A DNA stretch of 64,000 nucleotides from Fimicolochytrium jonesii (taxonomy: Eukaryota). Position numbers and translations under genes: made by a program. The notes beneath the pieces were generated by a model. The model was not told the origin of the DNA, searched no databases, and was given only the letters and a program-made list of their open reading frames with translations. Numbering within the stretch: the stretch's first letter is position 1; each line of letters opens with the position of its first letter. The DNA lies in assembly GCF_025526975.1 (NCBI RefSeq), contig NW_026515680.1, positions 434,001 to 498,000 of the forward strand. The letters run 5' to 3'. Below, piece by piece: positions 37,268 through 46,540 of this stretch.

Positions 37268-39106
37268 TTGTCAACCAAGCAAGCAATTGCGGCGAGCAGC
37301 GCGACAGCCAAACGAGCAGCCTACGAGCGATACCGAAGTTCTCTGCTCCTCAAGAGAGAACGCAAGACTACAGGCAAAGCCAAGTCCACGGATTCCCCGT
37401 CCAAGGAATCCCAGTCCAAGGAATCCCAGTCCAAGGAATCTTCCTCTGAGGAATCCTCATCCGAGAATTTGTCGTCAAAACAAGGCCCATCATCCGGTGC
37501 GAACCCGTCCCAAACAACCACAAGACCAAGCAGCTTCCCAAGCGGCTTCCCAAGTACTCCACCAGCCCCAGTATCAAGGCCACCTGCTCAGGATTCCCCC
37601 GTGGACCCTCCAGCGCAACCCCCGTCTATCCATCCATCCATCCATCCAGCCACTGCTGCTGTTGCCCCGGCGACCTCACAGCAACAAGCCCGAGCGCAGA
37701 CTCCCGACCAAGAACGGGAGCAAGAGGACACCTGGTTCACGCCGGTTGCGAGAAGGAATCCCGAAATGGCAGACGGAACCCCCGCAGGAGTCCCCCGAGC
37801 GGCCTCGGCGGCCACGGTACTTGAAGCGGCCGCAAGAGGATTTGAGCGAGCCCACTGGAAGTTGAAGAATGACATCTCGGCGAGATTCAAAGGCAAGCCG
37901 GGCGAGGATGCATATGCATTCCTGGAGAGGCTGAGACAAGAAGCTCAAAGGGCCGTAGACCAAAAGTACTTCGAAAACCTCGACGACATGGTGCCCAAGT
38001 TCGGCCCCCTCTTCAAGGATGGAGCGAAGAAATGGTGGAGCAGTCTGTCGTCGACCGACATTCCATTTGAGCAATTCAAGGAACAATTCATGGCTCAATA
38101 CAACAAGAAGATACCTCCTATCTATCGCTCGGCGAAAGTAGCCAGTATGAAGAAGCTCAAGAAGGAAATGTCGCGCAACTTCGCCATTCGGATGAAAGAA
38201 GCCAATTCCCGCCTCGGCACCACTCCCCTAGACCTAGGCCAGCTCAAGTATGCCTTGTACCAAGGTCACAAGCCTCGTGAGCAAGACAAGATCGAGGAAG
38301 TCAAGATAGGGGGCAAGGACTGGTACGACAAGGCGGTGACCTTTGACCACTTTGCCGAAGACGCGTACCAAAGAATCGACAAGAAACGGCTCCGAAGCCG
38401 GCGCCACGCTCGTAGCTCCTCCTTGTCCTCCTCGGACTTGGAGTCGAGCTCTAGTGGCTCCTCCTCTGGTTCTTCCTCGGAAGAAGAACGCAGCTGTCGT
38501 CGCCGGAACAAGAAGAACAACAGGAGGTTCCGGCCCCAGCGACGAGGATCCCCGTCGCCCATTCTGAAGACGGCCGTCCAAGTTGCCCTGCCCAGTCCCA
38601 TGCCCACCGCCGACTTCGAGAAGCTAGCCAAACAGGCGGCGGAGAACGAGATAACCAAGTTCAAAGAGGAACTCCGCTTGACCGGTAGCCGACGTGGACA
38701 CATGGGACGGGCCATACACTTGATGGAATTTGACGATGACCGGGATGATTACGCCGGTTACGAGGCGTACATGATGGACCAACAACAAGGTCCATACCCC
38801 CGCCAGCCATATCCACGCAACGACTACGGCCAGCAGAGGCAGAACGACCTCAGTACGCAAGTACAGGAAGTCGTCAAGAAAGCGGTTGCCAAAATTGCCG
38901 CGCAAATGGCCAAGGTGCAGATTCACAATGGCCAGTCCTCAGGAGGATTACCAAGGATCGGAGACCGAAAGTGTTACGCCTGCGGAGGCGACCACTTCAA
39001 GGACGACGTGGACCGCGAGACGGGGCAACCAGTATGCCCCAAGAAGCAAAGCCCAGAGGCCGGACATGCCAATGCTGAGAAGCGGCATTTTCCCCGCCAG
39101 GGCTAG
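37268..39106 (+). CDS. Gag of the inner Gypsy (start codon uncertain)
   Basis: Capsid-like FKGKPGEDAYAFLERL..FKDGAKKWW..FEQFKEQF and an atypical zinc knuckle CYACGGDHFKDDVDRETGQPVC. Confidence 0.8.
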   Translation: MSTKQAIAASSATAKRAAYERYRSSLLLKRERKTTGKAKSTDSPSKESQSKESQSKESSSEESSSENLSSKQGPSSGANPSQTTTRPSSFPSGFPSTPPAPVSRPPAQDSPVDPPAQPPSIHPSIHPATAAVAPATSQQQARAQTPDQEREQEDTWFTPVARRNPEMADGTPAGVPRAASAATVLEAAARGFERAHWKLKNDISARFKGKPGEDAYAFLERLRQEAQRAVDQKYFENLDDMVPKFGPLFKDGAKKWWSSLSSTDIPFEQFKEQFMAQYNKKIPPIYRSAKVASMKKLKKEMSRNFAIRMKEANSRLGTTPLDLGQLKYALYQGHKPREQDKIEEVKIGGKDWYDKAVTFDHFAEDAYQRIDKKRLRSRRHARSSSLSSSDLESSSSGSSSGSSSEEERSCRRRNKKNNRRFRPQRRGSPSPILKTAVQVALPSPMPTADFEKLAKQAAENEITKFKEELRLTGSRRGHMGRAIHLMEFDDDRDDYAGYEAYMMDQQQGPYPRQPYPRNDYGQQRQNDLSTQVQEVVKKAVAKIAAQMAKVQIHNGQSSGGLPRIGDRKCYACGGDHFKDDVDRETGQPVCPKKQSPEAGHANAEKRHFPRQG

Positions 39107-39145
39107 GAGCCAAGAGCCTCCTAGTCCTGGAACCGACGGCTCTTG
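39085..39145 (+). promoter_or_regulatory. Predicted -1 ribosomal frameshift signal (slippery site plus H-type pseudoknot)
   Basis: G CAT TTT, a 5-nt spacer, a 13-bp stem CCAGGGCTAGGAG/CTCCTAGTCCTGG (one G-U pair), and loop CAAGAGC pairing with downstream GCTCTTG. The -1 frame is open 39079-39912. Confidence 0.7.
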
Positions 39146-39420
39146 AGCAGAAAGACCACGGAGAATCGCTGCCTCAAGGCCAGGATGAAAGTCTGACCTT
39201 TCCTGCTCGGTCACCATCAGAACCGAGAAGAGGCAGTGATTCCGACTCCGAAAGCGACTGGGGAACGCGCAGAGAACTAACGACAGCTGACAAATCATTA
39301 CAACCTCAACACCTGTCCAAGTCGGGAGAAGAAAAACCCGACTCGGAGGACCCTGACCGTACACGCTACCCGTCTCCGCCACCCGAAAAAGAACTCTACT
39401 TGATCAACTTGGTTGACAAG

Positions 39421-39720
39421 AACGATTGGCAATTGCACCCGGACATCTTTCAGCAACTCGATGACGGACCCTGGGGAGGCCCACACGGCCACACTGTGGA
39501 CCTCTTCGCCACGAAGCAGAACGCTCAAGTTTCAAGGTACTGCTCGGTCGACCAGACGGACACCAATGCAATTGCTCACGACGCCTTCAAGATTTGCTGG
39601 GACGCTGAGAATGGCTGGGTCAATCCCCCTTGGCTCGCCATTCAACAAGTGCTAGACAAGGTCGTCACGGACGGAGCGACCATTACGCTGATTACCCCCG
39701 TATGGCAAGAAGCTCCATGC
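39421..39720 (+). pseudogene. DIRS/Dam-type DNA N6-adenine methyltransferase domain at the N-terminus of pol; C-terminal end cut by a frameshift/deletion
   Basis: DWQLHPDIFQQL..WGGP..VDLFATKQNAQVSRYCS..DAFKICW..GWVNPPWLAIQQVLDK..TLITPVWQEAP contains the DLFA SAM-binding motif and the NPPW catalytic motif in the spacing typical of DIRS MT domains. Confidence 0.85.
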
Positions 39721-42700
39721 ACTTCCGAGACCGGTTGCGCCAAGCGTGGACCTTCAAGACCGGCCCCCGCCATGTCAAGCGCCTGCCATTCCAAGACTGC
39801 TACGCAGGGACTCTGTCCTTCCTACGCATTCCGTTCCGGACAATCCTCTCCATCCGTCGGCGCCCACCAGCAACAGCGGACAAAAAAGGGGAGGAGGACG
39901 CCAAGGCGGTAGCAATTGACACGGCCATATCGGACGCACACAAGAAGGGTTCACTGGAAGAGATAATGCTTCTGGAGAAGACGGTCAAGCGACGGAAACG
40001 CAAGGCATTGAAGAGAGAATTCCTCGACAGCCTTGTCTGGAAACAAGTCGGAACGGACGAGTACGATCCCAAGGCGCAATTCTTCCTGAAAGACTTGACG
40101 ATAGTCACGGGAGAATTGCTGAGCAAGGCAAGACCGTACCTCAATGTCCGAGAAAAGTACGAGATCACCGCGCATCCTGGGGACGACTTACCCACCCAGG
40201 ACACTTGGATGGCTCCGGTGGCTGGAAATGAAGAAAGATTCCACGCCTGGAAAGAGGCCCGAGAGCTGTCCCTCACGGACAGCCGCATCGTCATTCCTCC
40301 CGATGAAGGAAAAGAGGACACCCTCCTTGATTCACTTCATGCCCACGTTGAAAAGGACACGACAAGTAGTCCGGACCTACGCAAGATGTACACAATTGCG
40401 CAGATCTACGAGAAGATTGAGGACACGCCTCTCAACGAGCTCGTTGTCGAGACTGCAGCTAGTCTCAACGGCATGGACGCTACATTCTACATGATGCTGA
40501 AGACCAAGCATGGCTCGAAGATCAAGGCCACCAAGTATGAGCGCAAGCTGTTGGGGATTGGCGAAGGCCGTTCAATAGGCCACATTGAATTGAGAGTCAA
40601 GCCTGGCGTCAATGGAAGGCACAGTTACAAGTTGAAGTTCAACATCATACCCAACTTGGGACGATTGGTGCTTATCGGCATCCCAGGGCTCAATGCAATG
40701 GGGGCAGTCATGGACATGGAGAAGAGATCATTCGCCTTCCGACTACCAACCGAGGAGCAAATGACGACGCCCACGAAGATAACGCTAGAAGACCATCCCC
40801 TTCACACCCACCTCCCGACGATCGCTCCGCTAGGGCCATCACGCTACAACGTAGTTATCAAGCAAGATCGAGTGGTGTTGAAACCAATGGCGGTGACGCA
40901 CGTACGGGTCGGCGGAACGAAGCAAGGAATCCCCGGAACGACGCACCTAGTCGAAGGCAGCAAGGCGTTAGGCGAGTCAGGCATATGGTGTGCGAACCAA
41001 CTTGGAAAGGCCGACGAGAACGGAGAATGGCTGTACCCATTCGCAAATCTCACGCCCCGGAAGCGCATCCTTTGGAAGAATCATGTCGTCGGAACAAACA
41101 CCGCCAGCGACCACGACTTACGGGTAGAACCGGTACCTGAGGCGTATCTGACGGAGGAGAAGCTGAGCGGATGGTTGACCGAAAACCTGAAGAATGACCT
41201 ACCGCCACCGCCGCCCGCATGGCCGAGCAGCCCAAAGGCCGGAGGCCAACGCCATTGGATGATGCCCGGATTGAGAAGCACCACCGGCTCAGCATTCTAC
41301 ACGCTGCAGAGCCAAGAGGAAGTGAAGGCCTGTGGAACGGATGAGCCGGAAGAGGGACCAGTGGAGGTGAAAGGGTTGGGGCAGGAGGAAATTGGCGAAT
41401 TGGCAAAGACATCGGCCATTCACAAGATGAAGGATTTGGACGCGGCCGCTACCCCTCTGGAGGACGCGCAATCCTACACGTCACCAGCCGCCCGCCAAGG
41501 ACGAGACGAAATAGGAGCAATGGCGCCTCGAGCACACCTGGCACCGGAAGAAGACAAAGCATTGCGGGACGTACTGCTAGCAAATGCGGAAGCCTTCGAC
41601 TCCCAAATTCCGGACAAGCCGAACATTCCGTACGAACACCACATGGAGATCATGCCGGGGACTCTTCCCATCGCCCACCCTCCACGCCGACAGGGCCAGC
41701 AGAAGGAGAAGGTTCTACGCGAGCACACCGACACGATGCTGAAGGACAACCTCATCTGACCCAGTAGAACACCATGGGCCGCTCCGGTGTTGCTAGTTAA
41801 AAAGCCGGGGGGTGGACTAAGGTTCGTCACTGACTACCGTGAACTCAACGCAAAGACGATACCCGACTCCTATCCGCTGCCTCGAGTCGACTCGACCATT
41901 GAATTCCTCACCGGCAAAAAGTGGTTCACAACCATGGACCTATGCTGGGGTTTCTGGCAGATACTGATCAAGGAAGAGCACAAGCACCTCACAGCCTTCT
42001 GTACACCCCATGGGCTGTTCGAGTACAACAAACTCCCGTTCGGACTCAAGAATTCTCCGCCTACCTTCCAACGCGTGATGGACGCGGTCCTGGCAGGACT
42101 GAAGTACAGCTTCTGCCTGGTCTACGTGGACGACATCATTGTGTTCTCCGACACGTTCGAGGAGCACATGACCCATGTCTCCCAAGTCCTCACCCGCATT
42201 CAAGAATCTGGACTACGAGTGAAGCTGGAGAAGTGCCATTTCGCGGTACACGCAATTCACTTCCTCGGCAAGAAGGTAGACGGCCAAGGGTTATCAGTAG
42301 ACAAAGCCAAAGTGACCAAGATCCTCGATGTCAAACCCCCAAAGGAAAAGCGTCTGTTGCAACGCCTCCTCGCAATGTCTGTTTACCACCATCAGCACAT
42401 TAAGAGGTACGGCCAAATTGCTCGACCACTGTACGACTTGCTCAAGAACGACGCAGTGTGGAAATGGGGACCAGAAGAGCAAAAGGCATTCGAGGAATTG
42501 CGACAGGGAATGGCGGACGCGGCAATCCTGGAATTCCCGGAAGAAGGATGCCCGCTGGTCCTCAAGTGCGACGCGAGCAAACTCGGACTTGGAGCCGCGC
42601 TCTACAAGGTTAAGGGCGGAAAGGAGATCCCTCTGGTCTTCATCTGCAAGTCGCTAACGGACGCAGAGAAGCAATACTCGCACACGGAGAGAAAGGGATT

Positions 42701-44705
42701 GGCAATTCACTGGGCCGTGACAAAGCTGGAGTACTACATCTGGGGAAAACCATTCACGGTGGAAACAGATCACTCTGCGCTGCTGGCACTGGCCAAGCAC
42801 GGAGACATGGCAGGAAAGTGGGCGCGATGGAGATACGCGCTCCAAGACTACCAGATGGAGATTCGGTACAAAGCCGGCAGCTCACGGTCCCACGCAGTAC
42901 CGGACTTCATATCGAGAGCCTTGTTGGAAGAGAAAAGGTCGATAGGAACCCAGACGGAGGCAATTGAAGAAGCGTCTGGAGAGAGGAAAGACGAGGTGTT
43001 CCTGATGGGGGGAGAAGCGGCCGCCGCGGAGAAGACTTCAGCAACACCAGGTGTCATTACCCTGGAAGGAGCGTTCGCCAAGGAGATTGAACGCAAGCAG
43101 AAGGAGGACTACCGGACAACATCCTGACAAAGCAACTCATGCTACGGACGATATCCGACCTACGCGTCCAGGACGGCAGACTCTATCAAATTCAAGAGTT
43201 TTGCCAACCCGGGTACCGACGCCAGATGTTCAAACAGATTGTCGTACCAGCCAACTTGCGAAGACGATGCCTGGAGCTCTGCCACGACGACCTGTTGGCA
43301 GGACATCTGGGCAGAGACAAAACGTACAGCAGACTCCAACAGTCCTTCTGGTGGCCGGAATGCGTGGCGGACATGATCAATCACCTTGCCAGTTGCGTCA
43401 AATGCAATCAGCACAAGCCGGGAATGCCGAAGTCTGCAAGAGGAGGAGAGATGGACCCAATCGTCATTGGAGACGTGTGGTGGCGGGTCGGAATGGACTT
43501 GCTTGGACCTTTGCCGGCTACAAGGAATACGAAGTTCAAATACGTACTCGTTGTCATCGACTACGCCAGCAAATTCAGCTTCGCAATTCCATTGAAGGAC
43601 GCAAAGGCGTACATGGTTGCCCGGGCTCTTATGGAGCACGTGTTCACCATCTTCGGGGTCCCCGGAGTGATAACGTCGGACCGTGGACAGCCCTTCACGA
43701 GCGAGGTTCCGAAGGCGCTCCTGAAACTACTGGGGGCCGCCCCAGCATTAGCATTCATGGGAGGCGATTGGGAAAGGAGCAATGCCGGTTGGGGACTTGC
43801 AAGCGGAGATTGTCAGGCACCTGCAGATTGCATGGGATTTGGCCAAGGAGAACGTCGCCAAAGCCCAAGCACGACAAAAGGCGTGGTACGACAAGAACTC
43901 CGAGAAGACAAGCGCCCAGCTAGGAGAACAAGTCTGGCTGGCAATTCCCCAGTTTCGTAAGTCGACCAACGTGGAAAATGTGACGGCCATCAAGAAGTTC
44001 GCTGCCAAATGGAGTGGACCACACCGGGTTGTAGGTGTCGGCGACAACGGCCTCACCTACAAGCTTATGGAACTCCTCTTGCCAATTGAAGTCATCTACC
44101 AGACAGCCCATATCCGGCGCATGCGACCATTCACCGCCAGGCGACCGCTAGACCCGACGGAACTAATTGAGATGGACGAAGAGGAAATTTTGACAGCTCA
44201 ATTGGCACAGGCAGCGACGGCTCGAGTCTTGAAGAAGACGCCATTCAGGCGTAGAGCGTACGGGACGTCCCACGAACTGAAGAAGCGAGCGCTCGACCCG
44301 GACACGGACTCGGAAGACTCTGATGGCAATGTCGGGGATGAATGGGAGGTCAAGAAGATCATCGACCACCGTCAGGACGACAATGGGAAGTGGGAATTCG
44401 AAGGCCACTGGAAAAACTGGAACACAGGGCACGACAGCTGGGTGGTACTCTCGGACTTCCGAGGGCAGGAGCTACTGGATACGTACTGTCGCGCAAACGG
44501 CATCACCGTTGGGGACGAATCACCTACGGTGGACGCCCAGACCGGCGATGACAGCATGCAATTACGCCGGTCCACGAGACAATCCACGCAGAAGTCTCCA
44601 AAAAGGGGAGGAGATAAGAGCGCGGATACTTCAGAGGCCGCAGAGCGGAGGCAGAACAAAGGAGGGAACAGAGGGTCAGCTGGTCGGCACAGGAGCAGGG
44701 AATGA
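39721..44705 (+). pseudogene. Inner Gypsy pol: protease, spacer, RT, RNase H, integrase (core partly deleted), GPY/F, chromodomain
   Basis: Protease LVVETAASLN..VLIGIPGL; RT PWAAPVLLVKK, FGLKNSP and YVDD; RNase H CDASKLGLGA; integrase HHCC, GMDLLGP and SDRG; WSGPHRV; chromodomain EWEVKKIIDHR..HWKNW..DSWV (44340-44500). Stop at 41757 and frame breaks near 43105 and 43740. Confidence 0.9.
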
Positions 44706-44946
44706 GAAAAAAAAAAAAGGGAAAAAAGCACGCAACCGCGGACCAACCGGCATCTTCCACGTTGGTGGAGTACCCAGCGGCCCAGCGGGAGCAAGACGTG
44801 CAGCAAGAGAATGCTCAGCAGGACAGAAGGGAGAGAACGCCCAGAACCCAAGGGAATTCCCCCTCTTCGGAAATGCATAAATAGCGGGCATCAGAAGCCG
44901 CTTCCCTCAACCCCCACCAACCCTCAACCGACCACCGTCCCCCAGC

Positions 44947-46423
44947 ATGCTCCTACGCTACCCCTTCCCCCCTCTCGACCCCAAACCGGTACTCCCAGAA
45001 CTCCGACCATCACGTCCCGAAGATCCTCCACCACCTCCTCAAGAAGATCCAGCGTCGCAGACCTGTCCAATGCGGTCTCGAAGCCGCCTATCCTGCGACC
45101 AACAACCAGGACCGAGAATCAGCGCACGAAATCGCCGGTTCCCGATACCCCTGTCCGCCCCGTGTCCCCCACGCACCAATCAAGGTCGACTCTCCCCCTC
45201 AGCTCGACAGACGGTTCAGAGAAGCCACCGGCTCCCGTACTCCCGTTCCAGTGAAGGCAACGGGGAACAAACGTCCGCCAATCCGCTTGCCCAGAATCAC
45301 CGTGCGAAATGCCGGCGACACCCCTGTCGACACCCGCAAGAAAAGGAAGGTGTTGGACACGCCCGAAGAACGACGAAGAGGCGAAGCAATCATTGGCCCC
45401 GCCACTCTCAGCGTCTCCGGCCTGGACCCGGAAGAGGACGAGTTCACGAGGGAGACCCTGATGAGGGACGTGGAATACCAGCCCGGAAATAAAGAGGAGT
45501 ACTACGGAGCAGAGAAGAACGGGGCCGTCTGCATATGCGAAAACCCGGACAATAGCGCTTCCATTTATGGTCGCGTTGTCCAATGCGAACTCGAAGACCT
45601 CTGATGTGGAAGCCAATTCTACCCCCCAGAATGCCTCAACAATCAGAGACTTCCCCACCCCCAGGAAGACGAAGAAGTTCTGCAGGACTACTACGCCCAG
45701 TACAACTTTGTTTGCCCACCTTGCCTAGAAGACCTCCCGGAGAATGCGGAGACCGACGGCAAGATCACTGCGACCAAGCACCCGAACGTTGGCAAGACGA
45801 GGGGACTGCGTCTGGCGCCCTACGACCATGAGAACCGCAAGTGGAAGACCGACTTCAAGATGAAGACCGGGGAGGGGGATATAGAGGAAGGCCGACCGTA
45901 CCGGGTCTCAGGGAGGGACATCGAAACCATCATGCTCCCGAGCCAATACAAGGAGTATACGGACGTCCCATCCACCATGTACACCCGTGTGCACGGCCTC
46001 TTCCCCCACCCGGTGCTGACCTCGCGCTCGAGAGCCCACAACCACATGCAAGACTGGGAAAAGGAATTGATCTTGAAGCAAGCCGTCTTTGTCGTCATTA
46101 CCAACGTGGAGCCGCACTACACTCAATGTGCCAAGGCCCTCCGCAAAGAGCATGGCATCCATGAGACTCGGGACGACCTAGAGGACCCAGAAGCACTGCT
46201 CCTCCAAGCCGCCTTCCCCCGCATCGACCAGCCCAACTACCTTATCTACGCAGGCCCCAACCTTTGGGAACTCGAGATCATCGTTGCGAGCTTTGGCCCT
46301 AAACCCAAAGACAAGCCGGAGGACAAGGAGCTGACGTTTGGCATGCCAAGAGTAGAGTCTGAATTGTGGTCAAGCCTGGCGTTGAAATGCTTGCCACCGG
46401 CGACCTTGCTACTTGTGTGGTGA
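44947..46423 (+). pseudogene. ORF3 of the inner Gypsy containing a PHD finger (45530-45724); one internal TGA; 3' end lost by deletion into the LTR
   Basis: Frame 2 is open from 44885 to 46423 apart from TGA at 45602. It reads VCICENPD..IYGRVVQCELEDL*CGSQFYPPECL..FVCPPC. Start codon is uncertain (ATG 44947 is in another frame). Confidence 0.7.
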
Positions 46424-46540
46424 GAATAGGGATTTAGTTGGTCTCTACCTTTTACCTTGCACTCTCCACAAGTAGATCATCTCCACCCGCGAACGACCCG
46501 ATTTAGGACCTATCTCAGGGAATAATCAACCACTTTCACA
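46409..46540 (+). repeat. Truncated 3' LTR of the inner Gypsy
   Basis: 129/132 identity to 36840-36971. Ends TTTCACA and is followed by the TSD GATG. Confidence 0.9.

Larger units (their letters stand above)
36548..46540 (+). mobile_element. Inner Ty3/Gypsy LTR retrotransposon (9,993 bp) with N6-adenine MTase domain, chromodomain integrase and PHD-finger ORF3; degenerate
   Basis: Termini TGTGAA..TTCACA and 4-bp TSD GATG (36544-36547, 46541-46544). 5' LTR 36548-36971, tRNA-Pro PBS, then gag, MT-PR-RT-RH-IN-chromo, ORF3 and a 3' LTR remnant at 46409-46540. Confidence 0.93.

Noticed and set aside
39400..39912. Independent DIRS/Ngaro element
   Set aside because: No tyrosine recombinase, DIRS RT/RH, or inverted/split repeats. 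The MT lies within a TSD-bounded Gypsy element.
41757..41759. Programmed readthrough or alternative genetic code (TGA)
   Set aside because: The stops co-occur with frameshifts and catalytic mutations, fit CGA>TGA decay, and host genes use TGA as a normal stop.
44947..46423. env gene
   Set aside because: No signal peptide, furin site or transmembrane anchor is evident. The hydrophobic tail LLLVW derives from the LTR junction.
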